A stretch of 64,000 bases of DNA, taken from the NCBI GenBank assembly GCA_030704615.1, contig CM060732.1, positions 38,750,001 through 38,814,000 of the forward strand, in the 5' to 3' direction. The translations under genes and the position numbers were made by a program. Position 1 is the first letter of the stretch, and each line of letters begins with the position of its first letter. The DNA comes from Takakia lepidozioides. Its lineage: Eukaryota > Plantae > Bryophyta. This document shows positions 13,501 to 26,199 of the stretch, one piece after another. The notes below the pieces were generated by a model. That model made no database searches. It saw nothing but the letters and a program-made list of their open reading frames with translations, and had not been told where the DNA came from.

Positions 13501-14979
13501 ACAGCCACCAAGTCAGATTACCATCGCCTCTTCCGTCTCAACTAAAGTCTCGAGCTCCCTCTCACGAGCCCTCCGCAAATTCTTTCCCACACACTGTGAA
13601 TTGAGACAGGAAGATGGACCAGCACCGCCAACGAAGCCCAAATTACGATATAAGCAAAGTGGAAACTGAACACCATTTCTTCTTCTCTTACCCTGCCTAC
13701 TATGAAATCCGAGGCAGATGTTGATATCCCCACCTTGGCAGGGGACTTCAGCTGTGAAGATCCGAAATGCCTTTCGTCTTATGCCAACTACAAAGTGATT
13801 TCACAGCTTTCATACAATAACCGACAAGAAACATATAGTCGTATGTTCCAGATGCTGATGTGGAAGTGGCTTATGCAGGAAGATCGCGCTCACGGTCATC
13901 TACCGTCCTTGTATGACCATAGTGTGCAGTTCTTCGACCAAATAGGTTGTGGCTTCTGCTGGTATGAGTCACCTGAAATTGGGAGCCTACATCGCTCCAA
14001 CTCACGCAATTCAGAGACCCCAAACACTTCCAAAAGAGATTAATATCTGTGACTGCCTTCGATTCCCCTGGAAGCTTGGAAAGTGTAAGAGCCATCAGGT
14101 GCGAGGGCCTCTGACCCGGTATTGCCAAAGTGAATACCCACTTCAGCTCCACAGCTGTATCCGCTAATTTGTGATCCGAGTCCTCCGACCCGCAGGGCCT
14201 TCAGTATGGCCTCTCTCTGCGCGCTCAGAAGAGCCCCGGGCATACTGCCATCCCTTCGACTGAGAGGAAGGAGTACAATTCTACTCAATCTGTGTGCACG
14301 CTTGCTCTTCAAATGGGAAGGTAACGAAAGAAAAAGCTGGAATGAAGGTCACCGTTTCTTCTTCAAGCATCTCGGAGGGTTATATGTCTCTTTACGGTTT
14401 ACGTTAGCCAGGATTCCATCTTTTGGTTGGTATCCAGTCAAACCTTGAGTGTGGTGTTTGCTAGATTGCATTTCATGGCTCAGCAAGATTGTCAAAGGAG
14501 CAATGAGAGTAGGGGGGTGGATCTATGGTACTTTGACCACCTGGTCTGCAAGCCATTGCCAGCTTTGAAGGAGACCTCATCACACCCATTTATATACTCT
14601 TCATTACAGTCTTTGCCAACTTTTTGGGATCACCTACTTTGCTGCAAAACTTTTAACCCCCATAATAGGAGGACTAGGCCTATCTTTCATTCCCCAAATA
14701 TCCCTGCAGTCTGCTGAGAACTCTGTATTGAGGTATTCTTCAACTGCAATGCTGTTTTTCCATATATCTGTACTTGTATTATGAATCTGCGGTGGGGAGG
14801 TCGCAGAGAGTGGGGTACTGTCATTGTTTTTGCAACTTCACTATTAGTTTTACAAAATGAATGACAAATTGGGGCCATTCTGCCCTCAGAATTTTGAAGC
14901 TACTCAACCCTTTCAAGCATGTTTCTTGCCATTTCATTGTTCATCAGTCTTCCAGACGAACTGGGTGGCTGAATGATGT

Positions 14980-15190
14980 GGAGGGGCATGTTGATGAGCT
15001 GGAAGCCATGGGAAAGAGGCAGAAGGGTGTTTCTCCTTGATGTAATACAAATACTATGTGCTGGTCAGAGCCACAGCTCGTCTTCTTCATCCACCCAGAA
15101 GAACTTGTAATCTCCACATGAATTTCCTCAAATTGTGGGGGGAAATTGTTTTCACCAGAGTGTCTGTGTCCAGTTGTTGACATCAACACA
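14980..15190 (-). pseudogene. Eroded E+/DYW N-terminal remnant downstream of the second PPR gene
   Basis: Out-of-frame PPQFEEIHVEITSSSGWMKKTSCGSD..FVLH resembles the consensus HPQ.EEIYAEL..L...MKEAGYVPD..FVLH. Confidence 0.6.
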
Positions 15191-15193
15191 CCT

Positions 15194-17428
15194 TCACCAT
15201 TGCTCATTTTGGCTGACAATTTCCTCCATATTTGCATCTTTGCTTGAAAGAAAGCATGTTGCAGCACGTTCTGCGAATTGTGCATTGCCATGAATTCTGC
15301 AGGCACCGAGAAAGGCCCCCCAAACTGAAGCATCTGGTTTGACTGGCATTTTGTTAATGAAGTCCTCAGCCTCAATCAATCGCCCTGCACGGCCAAGAAG
15401 GTCGACTACAGAGCCAAAATGCTCCATTGTAGGCGTGAGGCCATGATCTCGACTCATGGACCTGAAGTAGTAAAGGCCTTCATCCACTAGGCCCACATGG
15501 CCACATGCAGAGAGAACAGATAAAAATGTAATACCATTCGGCTTCAAGCCTTCCTGCCGCATCTGTTTGAACAGTTGCAGAGCCTCCCTACCACACCCAT
15601 GCTGGGCACATCCTGCAATCATGACACTCCATGAAACTGCATCTCGTTCAGACATATTGTTAAACACATGACGTGCATCCCTTATGCTCCCGCATTTGGC
15701 ATACATGTCAACAATAGTATTCTCCAAATTAATATAAGGTGCAAATTCAGCATCAACAATGGTAGCATGAATCTCTTTGCCAATTTCCAGGGCTCCTAGA
15801 TTGGCACAAGCATTGAGAACACCGATGAATGTGACTCTGTCAGGTCTCACAGGTTCCTGCTGCATGTGCTCATAGAGCTTAAAAGCCTCCCTACCATGCC
15901 CAAGCTGAGCGTATCCGCCAATCATGGCATTCCATGAGACAACGTCTCGTTCAGTCATACTGTCAAACACCTGATGTGCATCCTTCATGCTCCCACATTT
16001 GGCGTACATGTCTACAAGGCTATTCTCCAATTTCATACATGACAGGATTCCAGCTTTGATGATATCAGCATGGACCTCTTTGCCCTTTTCCAGGGCTCCT
16101 AGGCTAGCAGACGCATTGAGAACACAAATGAAGGTGACCCTGTCAGGTGTAATGCCTTCCTGACGCATTTGGTCATAGATGTCAACAGCCTCCCTACCAC
16201 ACCCATGCTGGACGTAACCTGCAATCATTGCACTCCATGAGATGACATTCCGTTTAGTCATATTGTCAAAGACATGACGAGCATCCATTATGCTCCCACA
16301 CTTGGCATACATGTCAACAAGAGCAGTGTCTAGAACAACGTCCGATGCAATGCCAGTTTTAATGATGTCAGTATGGACCTCTTTTCCCTTTTCTAGGGCC
16401 CCTAGGCTGGTACATGCATTCAGAATGCAAATGAACGTCACATTGTTGGGTGTCACCCCTTCCCATTGCATTTCCTCGTAGATATTGAAAGCCTCCCTAC
16501 CACACCCACACTGTGCGTACCCAGTGATGAGTGCATTCCATGAGACCACATTTCGTTCGGTCATATTGTCAAATACTTGACGTGCATCCTTTATGCTCCC
16601 ACATTTGGCATACATGTCAACAAGAGCAGTCTCCAACATAATCCCTGGCACCATTACAGCTTTGATGATGTCAGCATGAATTTCTTTTCCCTTTTCCAAG
16701 GTGCCTAGATTAGCACATGCACTGAGGACGCAAATGAACGTGACCCTGTCAGGCATTGCTGCTTCATGCTGCATTTGCTCATAGATCTTGAGAGCTTCAC
16801 TACCAAACCCATGCTGAGCATATCCTGTGATCATAGTGTTCCATGAGACCACATCTCGTTTAGCCATATTGTCAAAGACTCGATGTGCATCCTTCATGCT
16901 ACCGCATTTGGCATACATGTCAACAAGGGTGTTCTCCAAATTAATATATGAGAGAATTCCAGCTTTGATGATGTCAGCATGAACCTCTTTGCCCTCTTCC
17001 AGAGTTCCAAGGTTGGCACACACATTGAGAGCACAAATGAACGTGACTCTGTCAGAACTCACACCTTCCTGTTGCATTTGCCCATAGATTTTGAAAGCCT
17101 CCTTGGCATGCCCATGCTTGGCATATCCTCCCATCATCATAGTCCACGAAAACGTATCTCGTTCAGACATTCTGTCAAAGACTTGGCGTGCATCTACAAT
17201 ACTCCCACACTTAACATACATGTTGATAAGTGTGTTGAGTAAAAAGATGTTAGCCTTAAATCCAGTTTGGATTATATGGGCATGTACCTCCTTCCCCTCT
17301 GCTAGGGCTTTCATGTTGATACACTCCTGCAAGAGGCAGACATAAGTCTTGGAGACTGCCTGCATGCCGCATTGGTTCAAAATGTGCAGTGCCTCTTTCA
17401 GTCGCCCTGCCTTACATAGTTTTCTCAC
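15194..17428 (-). CDS. PLS-class PPR protein, truncated after E1 (no DYW), ~744 aa; start uncertain
   Basis: About six PLS triplets and an E1 motif. The frame stays open upstream to a TGA at ~17558 but contains no ATG there, so a 5' exon, a downstream ATG or pseudogene status are all possible. Confidence 0.88.
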   Translation of the reverse strand: MRKLCKAGRLKEALHILNQCGMQAVSKTYVCLLQECINMKALAEGKEVHAHIIQTGFKANIFLLNTLINMYVKCGSIVDARQVFDRMSERDTFSWTMMMGGYAKHGHAKEAFKIYGQMQQEGVSSDRVTFICALNVCANLGTLEEGKEVHADIIKAGILSYINLENTLVDMYAKCGSMKDAHRVFDNMAKRDVVSWNTMITGYAQHGFGSEALKIYEQMQHEAAMPDRVTFICVLSACANLGTLEKGKEIHADIIKAVMVPGIMLETALVDMYAKCGSIKDARQVFDNMTERNVVSWNALITGYAQCGCGREAFNIYEEMQWEGVTPNNVTFICILNACTSLGALEKGKEVHTDIIKTGIASDVVLDTALVDMYAKCGSIMDARHVFDNMTKRNVISWSAMIAGYVQHGCGREAVDIYDQMRQEGITPDRVTFICVLNASASLGALEKGKEVHADIIKAGILSCMKLENSLVDMYAKCGSMKDAHQVFDSMTERDVVSWNAMIGGYAQLGHGREAFKLYEHMQQEPVRPDRVTFIGVLNACANLGALEIGKEIHATIVDAEFAPYINLENTIVDMYAKCGSIRDARHVFNNMSERDAVSWSVMIAGCAQHGCGREALQLFKQMRQEGLKPNGITFLSVLSACGHVGLVDEGLYYFRSMSRDHGLTPTMEHFGSVVDLLGRAGRLIEAEDFINKMPVKPDASVWGAFLGACRIHGNAQFAERAATCFLSSKDANMEEIVSQNEQW

Positions 17429-19876
17429 ATCCCCAGGAGAGTTCTTGTTGATTTCCTCTCTTGGTCTCTTTTCAAAAGCAGCAGCAATAGTGGATGTGGT
17501 ACCCCAGCTGCATGTCAGATGTCCAACAACAGCCTGATCGAACTCAAGTATCCTTCATGACCAAGCCTCTCAGCCTTCAACTCCAAACTCAGATACATAC
17601 CTCAAAGCTCCAAGAAAGAAGGACAAGCTTCTTGCTATAAAACTATGCAGTCATCTACTTGAAGAATAAACCGTAACCAATCCCATGTATTTGAGTTGTA
17701 CTCTTCAAATCATCATCAAAATAGTACCCATCGTGTCCTCCAGGTTGAGCTGTGTGGTGTAAGAACCATCACCAGTTGTTTAACCTTGTATGATGGCAGC
17801 TAGCTCTGGCTTCACCCAACCCTTCTTGTGTGTGCTTATGTCTGAAATCTGGTGACTTTGGGCCGGTGAGAGCCATACTTTACAACCCCCAAAGCAACCC
17901 AGCAACCTCAAAATAAGAGGTAACAACCTTGAACAAACTACTTAAACTGAGTCAAGTGAACGATGAGAACATTAGCTGCTTTTTCCAGTGGAGGAAAATT
18001 CACGTCATACCTGAAGATAGCCTCACCTTCTCAAGCGAGTTGTTGCACCATTGTGAAGGATCTGAGAAGAATCCTGCCCAAGCCATTCCATGCTTGATGC
18101 TTGACCTGCATGCTGGACGCACAAGAACATGAGAACACTGCCGGCGTCAGATGGCCTGAGTCTCTATTTAGGGTAGATTTCAACTCCAGTTACTCTCTGC
18201 TCTTTCTCTGCCTCATTAATAAAGGAAACCTACGCATACCAGACATTACAGATGAGACAAAACACACTGAAAGAGCCTTTGATGGACAAGCCAACTCTTT
18301 CAAGCCAGGCTGATTATGGGTTATTTTCACTGAGAGTGTTCCACCACAGTCTGTGCTGCAACCTACCATCCCATCGGAATCTGGACTTCCGTCACAATAC
18401 TTCATCAAAGACAATGGAGCGCAAATGTTAGAAGCAGAATTAGAACCATAACCCAGTATTCAACTTACTCATATTCCAAAGGACCTCCTTTGTGTGTGTA
18501 AATGGGTAGTTTGCTCTGTAAAGACCAACAGTGGACAACTGCATAGCTATAGGCTGAACCCAGCCTGGTTTCTTTTATTGAGTAGGGTTTGATTATGTTG
18601 CTTGATGTTGCCATATATTTTAGTCCTTGACCTCAACACTGTGTAACGTATTCAATCACTGTGGTTGCAACCAAAGCTCCAAAAGAATCTCCTACAGCAA
18701 CAGGAGGAGACAAATTTAAAGACAACAACTTCAATGCAGTTATGGATGGGGAACAGACTGATGGAGCTCAAGAATCACCATGACAGTCGTGACACACAAT
18801 CGAACATGGTCTAGTCTACAATAGAATTCATACCAGCTTCTCTAAGAACTCGGTCAATGTCCGTTTAATCCTACAAGATAGAACAAATTGGGTAAAGAAC
18901 CTCACCTTACTGGACCTGTTGCCCCACCACTGCGAAGAATCTGATGCAAATGGCTGCCGAAGCCGTTGCATGCTCACTGGTTCACCTGCATTCAAACAAC
19001 ACCGAAACAGATCTTTAGCAGCTCCTAGTTGACACAGATTGCAGAAATTTGAGGAGGTAATGAAGGTCTCGATTGTACTCACGTTCCTCTACAGCCCTTG
19101 AATGAACATCCTGTGAACTTCTTCGAGCAAATTCGGAGTACTTTCTGCTGGTCACGGCCAATAACAATCTGGGGCCTTGGTCCCTCCGACGCAGACAATT
19201 TGGGCACCCAGAAGAAAACGAACAGAATCTCATTGCTCCAAGCTGTATCAATCCTCCTCAAGGCCTGGGAGGCGTCATTCCTCGGACCCGGCGAGATAAA
19301 TTTCCTAATCTGGTGCACGACGATGTGAGGCATCCCGCCAGTTGACTGCAAGGTGAGGGAGAGCACCGCAGGACGCTGCCATTCCTGTGCCTGCGAGAGA
19401 GATGGCTTTTGGCCCTTGCCCATCCTCCAGAACCCATCCACTGGCGTTTGAATCTATCTACCTTCTCTGTTGCTTTCATGTATCATACTTAGAATCATTC
19501 CGATTGCAGACAACCTTTTCACTGCAGCGCGTTGAGAGAAAGATTGTGTTCTGTTTTGTTCTTCAAAATGGAAAGGGCAAATGCTTTCTTCCTACAGAGT
19601 GAAGGATTGTGGGTCTTTCTTCAACGCTCGTGTAGTGGGAACTTCCGGGTTGGATCCGGGTTGGATTGCATTAAGTTTTCTTTGTTTTGTCGTATCGGAA
19701 TCGTAAGGATGTGCCCGGTAAAGTTGTCATACATTCATTCATTGTATCAAATCTTGTCGCTTTCCTTACAAAATAGATGGGCTTATATTATCTACAGGAG
19801 TTCGTGGCTATGGTGGGCTGACCGCATACCAACCTAGTCGGAGAGAACCCACAAACCAGAAAGACAAAACCCATAA

Positions 19877-19880
<4 letters not shown>

Positions 19881-19908
<28 letters not shown>
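19881..19908 (+). repeat. (GA)14 microsatellite abutting the ThrRS start codon
   Basis: Direct reading; the last A of the repeat is the A of the ATG. Confidence 0.95.
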
Positions 19909-19911
<3 letters not shown>

Positions 19912-22900
19912 GGACCGCAACTGCGAGGGTCCCGAGAATGACACTGCCGAAGCTGCGGTCTCTTGGATTGTCAATCTGCCCTGCCGCTGCATCACTTACT
20001 TTCAAAACACAAGGCAAATCAGCAGCTGAATTCATCACTCTGTCAAGCTCAGGCTCTCGTTTATTTCAAAGCAATAGCACTTCTGCAATCTTAAGAAGGC
20101 TTCCGTCATGGGCAGTAGGAAGATTGAGCAGTGAGAGGATGGCCGCTATAGCATCGCTGGCAGCTAATCAAGAAACGGTTGCTAAGACGGAGTCGGAGGT
20201 GGAAATTGCGGTAGGAGAGGATGATACGAAGCCGATTGTGCTTCCCACCAATGATTCCTCAGAAAATCTTCTGAAAATTCGTCACACGGTGAGAGTGGCT
20301 ATCCGCTTATTGTGCAAGTGTTAGTTCAGTGGTGGAGGGCTGTGGCGAGAGTTGTGTGGACTTCAGCTCTGATGAGAGCCTGTGATGGTGCCCCTCCGTT
20401 GCGTGAAAAAGGGTTTTGGTGGAAGGAAAGGTGGAGGTGGCATTCACCAACAGGCTAATATGTGTCTGTTTCCTCGCAGAGTGCACATGTGATGGCAATG
20501 GCGGTGCAAAAGCTGTTTCCAGATGCTCAGGTCACCATAGGTCCCTGGATTGAAAAAGGCTTTTACTATGACTTCGACATGAAGGAGCCTTTCACAGAAA
20601 AGGATTTGAAGAAAATAAAAAAGGAAATGGTGAGTATCTTGTGCACGCTGGGATGTTCTTAGAAAAAGATTCGGAAACTCAGTAGCATTACATGGTTGAT
20701 TCATTTGCAGGTATGCACCCACGAGTTTGGAAGGGTTAGCCCTACATTGCTAACATCATGCGAAAGCATGACGACAGAGAGATTTCAGAGGTTGAGTAGA
20801 ATCCGTGCTCGTCACAGGATCGCATCATAAGTCGCAACCTGCCACTCACAAGAGAGGAGGTGACAAGAGAAGAAGCAAAGGAGCGCATTAAGGCCATAAA
20901 CGAGCCATACAAGCTTGAGATTTTGGATAGTATCAGCACAGAGCCCATCACTATCTACAGTATTGGTATGTTTTCCACCTGTGAGTGGTTTTCGCTTTTG
21001 CTCTATAGAAATGAACGTCCGCTTCATTCTGGATTTGATCTCAACTGGCTTCCCATCAATATTTCACGAGGACCTCAGAAAATAAGAACAACAATTGCAG
21101 CTACTGCTGTAAGGAGATTTCAGTACTTTCAAGTCACTTAGTGGGTGATTAGGGCTTCTTATGTCCAATTCTTTATGGACTAGTAAGCCTCTGGGTAATC
21201 ACTGAAACAAAGCAGTGCCTTCCCGAAAACGAAATTAGTTTATTTGAAAAGAAGGGGTGAACTGATTTTGCATGACCGTGTATTGATCAATATCTTCTAT
21301 GTCTGCATCATATTTTTTTTACCATTGTTTTCTTTACCAGGGAGGTCTATAAGGAAATTGAGAGTACCTCTATCTTGACTTAATGCAGGAAAGGAGTGGT
21401 GGGATCTGTGCGCTGGTCCCCATGTAGAGCGAACAGGGCAGCTGAACAAGAGAGCTATTGAACTTGAGGCTGTGGCGGGGGCTTATTGGAGGGGTGATGA
21501 GAAGAAGCAGATGCTGCAACGAATCTACGGCACTGCATGGGAGACGGAAGAACAGCTAAAGGCATATGAAATGCAGAAAGAGGAGGCAAAACGTCGCGAC
21601 CATAGGCGCCTGGGCCAGGACCTTAATCTCTTTTCCATTCAGGTGAGACACATCGCTCATTTGTTTTTCTCTCATTTTTTCCTTCCTTCTTTCTTTCTTG
21701 GACTCCCTCTTGAGAGGTTCCTTATTTTTGGGTCATCCTAACCCTAAATGTTGCAAACTTCTTTTTCCCAAAAAAATTGTACCATAATGGCAGTATTTTC
21801 CACCAGAGTATGTGAGTAATCTCTCTCTTTCTAGAATCTCTAAGTGAAGAGATTTTTCTTTCTACTCAAACAAGCTGCACACAGGAGGATGCAGGGGGAG
21901 GCTTGGTATTCTGGCACCCCAAGGGTGCTATGGTACGCCACATTATCGAGGACTACTGGAAGAAAATTCACCTTGCTCGTGGCTATGAGCTTCTCTACAC
22001 CCCCCATGTAGCGAAGCTTGATTTGTGGAAAACCAGTGGCCACTTTCAATTCTACAAGGAGAACATGTTCGACCAGATGAAGATAGAGGATGAGCTGTAC
22101 CAGATTAAGCCCATGAATTGCCCCTTCCATATACAGATCTATAAAGACACCTTGCGTTCTTATAGGGAGCTACCCATCCGAGTGGCAGAATTGGGGACAG
22201 TGTACCGTTATGAGCGGTCGGGTACATTGCATGGTCTCTTTCGTGTAAGGGGTTTCACACAGGTGAGCTATCACCCATCACTGAGTATACCCTCTCTCGT
22301 TTTGGATTTGTTCCCTCTCCCTTCCAGCCTCCTGCCACCACAACCGCTTCTTTCTTTATTTGTTTTCTCTCTGTGAAAAAAAAAAGCTCTGTAAGATGTC
22401 AATGCTAGCTGTAAAGCTAATACCCATCTCCACGAAGTGTGGTGTTGATGAAATACCAGCAGGAGCTCTGGGGAACTCAGCACAGCCACTTCTTGATTTT
22501 AAGGAGGATGCACACAGATTTGTCTCCTGATTTAGAAGACGTAAGACTTGCATAAGCTATTCAGACTGCATTGCTTAATAATGCCATGATTTGTCCCCCA
22601 GATATTCTTCATACCTTGTCAGTAATTGAGAGGGATAGTTCATAATACCAACACCTCCTCTAGAGAACCTGACACAGCCCGGTTGTTTATTTGCAGGATG
22701 ACGCACACATATTTTGTCTCCCTGACCAAATTAGAGAGGAAATTAGGGGAGTGCTGGATCTCACCGAAGATGTTCTCAACCAATTTGGTTTCTCCAGATT
22801 TGAAGTCAATTTGTCGACAAAGCCTGAAAAAGCTGTGGGCTCCGATGAAATTTGGGAGAGGGCAACAGTAGCTCTGAGAGAAGCACTAGAGGACAAAGGG

Positions 22901-24800
22901 TGGGACTACTCCATTGATGAGGGAGGTGGTGCATTCTACGGTCCTAAAATTGACGTGAAGATTGAAGATGCTATTGGACGTAAATGGCAGTGCTCAACCA
23001 TCCAGGTAAGAAAGGGTTTGACTATATCACTTCCGAGGTGTTTACTATATGTGGTAGAAATACAACTGGAGTTGGCAATTGTCCCATACTACTATGAACA
23101 AGTGCAAGTAGCTTGTGTTGGGAGTTTAGAATATGAGGGCCACTCAACCATAGTAGGGGCATTACCTTCCCAAATGGTTTACCCAGAGTCTTCCCACTCT
23201 CTATAGGAAAGAAACAGAAATGCCCTGGTCTGGTTGGAGGCTACTGTTCAAAGGTTGCTCACTAGCTTAAGGAGGGATTAGCCCTGTCAGATGGATGGAA
23301 GACTTATGTTGGTTGTGTGGGGCATCAATCTTCATCTTGACCATGGTAGATTCTCAAGTTGAATCTCTGACTGTACAGCCCCCACCATCACATGCAGTAT
23401 GATTAACTCAAGTGACCTTTATGTTAGTTTTGCGCTTTTTGCCTCTTGTTCAATACTTATTATGTGGGTGACTCTAAATTAAACGTACAAACCTCCTCAG
23501 CTCAGCTCTGTGTTCCACGGTGCGTGACATTCCCAGCTTATTCCATTTGATCCACTTTTTTTTGTCCCACACCCGTCCCAGGAGCTCTTGCGATTGTTTT
23601 GACTTGTGGATGTTATAGACTCTCGCTATTAGTTCATGGTTTGCCTTAGAGATTCATGGTTCATGGATATCATGTCTCTCTCCCAGCCTGAGTACATTCG
23701 TTCTCTCTCCTAGCCTGAAGACAGTATCCATTTCCTAAAACGTTATCCGAGGTATTCTCAGCAGAGAGTGACCCTCTTCAGGAATATGAAGAACATTGTT
23801 CCTGCGTAACTTTGAAAATCTCGTGGCTGCTCCTAAAGCCTGGCACTGTTGGGGTCTAATTGCTGGGCAGCTCATGCACAGCAGATTGATTCTTGTGTGA
23901 AGGGTTTTCTAGAGGATATCTGGAAAGCAGGAACTAATTGTTTATACCAAGGTAAGTCCCACTATTAGAGTGAGTCCCTCACAAAGGTAGTGTCTGTTCC
24001 CTTTAGTTCCCCCCAAACTAGGGGCGGGGTCTAAGGCCACAGGCTACAGCAAACAACATCTTAGGAGTACATTCTCTCTCCCCTGACATGTTGCTTTACT
24101 GGGACAGGTTGACTTCAATCTACCAGATAGGTTCAATTTGGTCTATGTGGACTCTGAGACATCAAGGAAGCAACCAATTATGATTCACAGGGCTATACTG
24201 GGCTCGATAGAGAGATTCTTTGGCATACTGGTGGAGAACTATGCTGGTGACTTCCCCTTGTGGCTCGCTCCTGTTCAGACCCGCTTGCTACCAGTCACAG
24301 ATCACGAGGTGACATAATCCATCCTTTTTTTTCTTTTTTTCTTCTTTTCCGTTTTGTACATCTTGGGTTTTGGGAGCATGCTGGTGCACTTGGGTTGATA
24401 ATCTGGCAGTCCCATAGCAAGTGGATCATTTGTGAATGCAGTTTAATTGTCAGATGCCGAAACTAGTAAGGTAACCATCAGCATCTAAGAGAGGGTCAGA
24501 GAGAGAAGAAAAGCTCTCATGATATGTGGTGGGATTCAGGTAGAGTACTGCAAAAAGGTGGTAGCCAAGTTGAAAGCTAAGGATATTCGAGCTGAGGTCC
24601 TGTATGGGGAGCGGTTGGCCAAGCTTATTCGCAATGCAGAGACACAGAAAATACCTGTGATGGCTGTGGTTGGACCCAAGGAGGTGGAGACTGAAACTCT
24701 CACTGTGCGCACCAGACATGGTGAGGAGCTTGGGATCCTGACAGTGGATGCACTTGCCGAGAAAATTCAACAAGCTGTTTCCAGTCGGGGTGTTCTGTGA
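19908..24800 (+). CDS. Organellar (plastid/mitochondrial, bacterial-type) threonyl-tRNA synthetase; exons 19908-20288, 20480-20629, 20818-20965, 21389-21642, 21885-22262, 22697-23005, 24108-24308, 24540-24800
   Basis: Ser/Arg-rich transit-like N-terminus, [66 protein letters not shown] and an anticodon-binding C-terminus. All introns are GT-AG. Confidence 0.97.
23713..24080 (+). repeat. Intronic copy of the 13155-13500 repeat
   Basis: Same collinear blocks as the 13155-13500 copy; it ends about 25 nt before the acceptor of exon 7. Confidence 0.85.
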
Positions 24801-26199
24801 GCAGTCAGTAGGCTGATTGGTGCGCTTGGAAATGCCACATGTTTCCATTAAATTAATGTTGGATAGGCAACAGCCGATCAAGCCAGGATTACTAGAAAAT
24901 TATTCACATTTTCTTGCTCCTCATACGCCCAGACCCCCCTCACTGGGATTTCAGGGCTCATGTAGTGGTGGTGTTTAGGCAACAAATTAGGGGTTCAGAA
25001 GGATGGGCATTTATTATTGAGGTATGTGGTAGCCACTGGGGCATTAAGAGGCGGTGCTGCTTCATTTGTATTGTAGTAGGCTAGTTTCATGAGACGGTTC
25101 TGCACATTCTCACCAGCAGATGCTTGAACTTTGTTGTTCAATGAGCTGGTGGAGGGTGGGTCTAGTCAGTATGATCTGTAAATGAACAAATTTTTGTTAG
25201 ATGTGAAAAGATCTCTCTTTTTCTCTCACTCTGAAAGAAGACTCTGAGTTGGTTGGTGACAGTTTCAATTCTGTGGTGCTAAAAGATGCCTCTGCATTTC
25301 AACCACTACTCAAAACAAATTTTCTTTTGTGATATACTGCTGCAGCCCAATGCAAGATAGTATCTCTCGGAGGACTTTGGTTTTTGAGCAGTCATAACTC
25401 TCTACCATGTTGGCCAATAAATCTCAGGCCGGCTCCGTCGGAAAGCTCTTGATTTGGCTTTTCGATCAGACCTAGATTCAGTAAGCAGCTGATCGAAAAC
25501 AAAGACCTAGGACATTAGGGGTTAAGAAAAAGAAAAAAAATTAAACAATTGTGAATTAATTTAAGATGCATGCCAGCTAGTACAGTATTTTAATGTCAAT
25601 TGTAGACTACGTAGGCTTTAGTATTCACCCAACACTCTATTTGGAAGGAGAGAGGTCAATGGAGGATGGAGGGGAGGCGCGATGTGAGCTTCATGAGCTC
25701 CATGTTCTGCGGGGAGAGAGAGCCCAACGGTCTCTTCGTCTTTCTCAATCGATATGCATGCCCACACCTTCCTACCTCGATAGTTTAGTCTCCATTAACA
25801 ACCTCTGATACACTGTAGACGTCTTTGATTGATATTGAAAATCTCCTACCCTTCATTGAAACAATGTTTTGTTTTCCTTCATCTGAAGCTCTAGAAGTCA
25901 TCTTTACTTCATCCCCTTCATGTCCTCCTTACATTAACTCATAGATGATCAATGGCAAGGCAGGCTCTCTAAAAGTGGCGGCCGCCAGTATTCGTGAAAT
26001 CCTATTTGATCCTACTGTCAACCTTACGTCTAGTCAGTACCCAAGCCGCCTCCATCCTAGCGGTATTATGAGTTCCTAACATCTCCCTCACCCACAACCT
26101 CCTACTCCGTTCACTAAGTTTCCTGAATGAGGCTCACCTCTTCATTTTCCTACGCTACCCATATCCTAGGTTTTTTTTTTTCACATCACTTGCTCTACG

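Noticed and set aside
13500-14350. Possible gene fragment between the first two PPR genes
   Set aside because: Short ORFs in several frames with no family motif I can identify.
18828-19480. Possible small gene divergent from ThrRS
   Set aside because: Overlapping short ORFs with no recognisable domain or supportable splice model.
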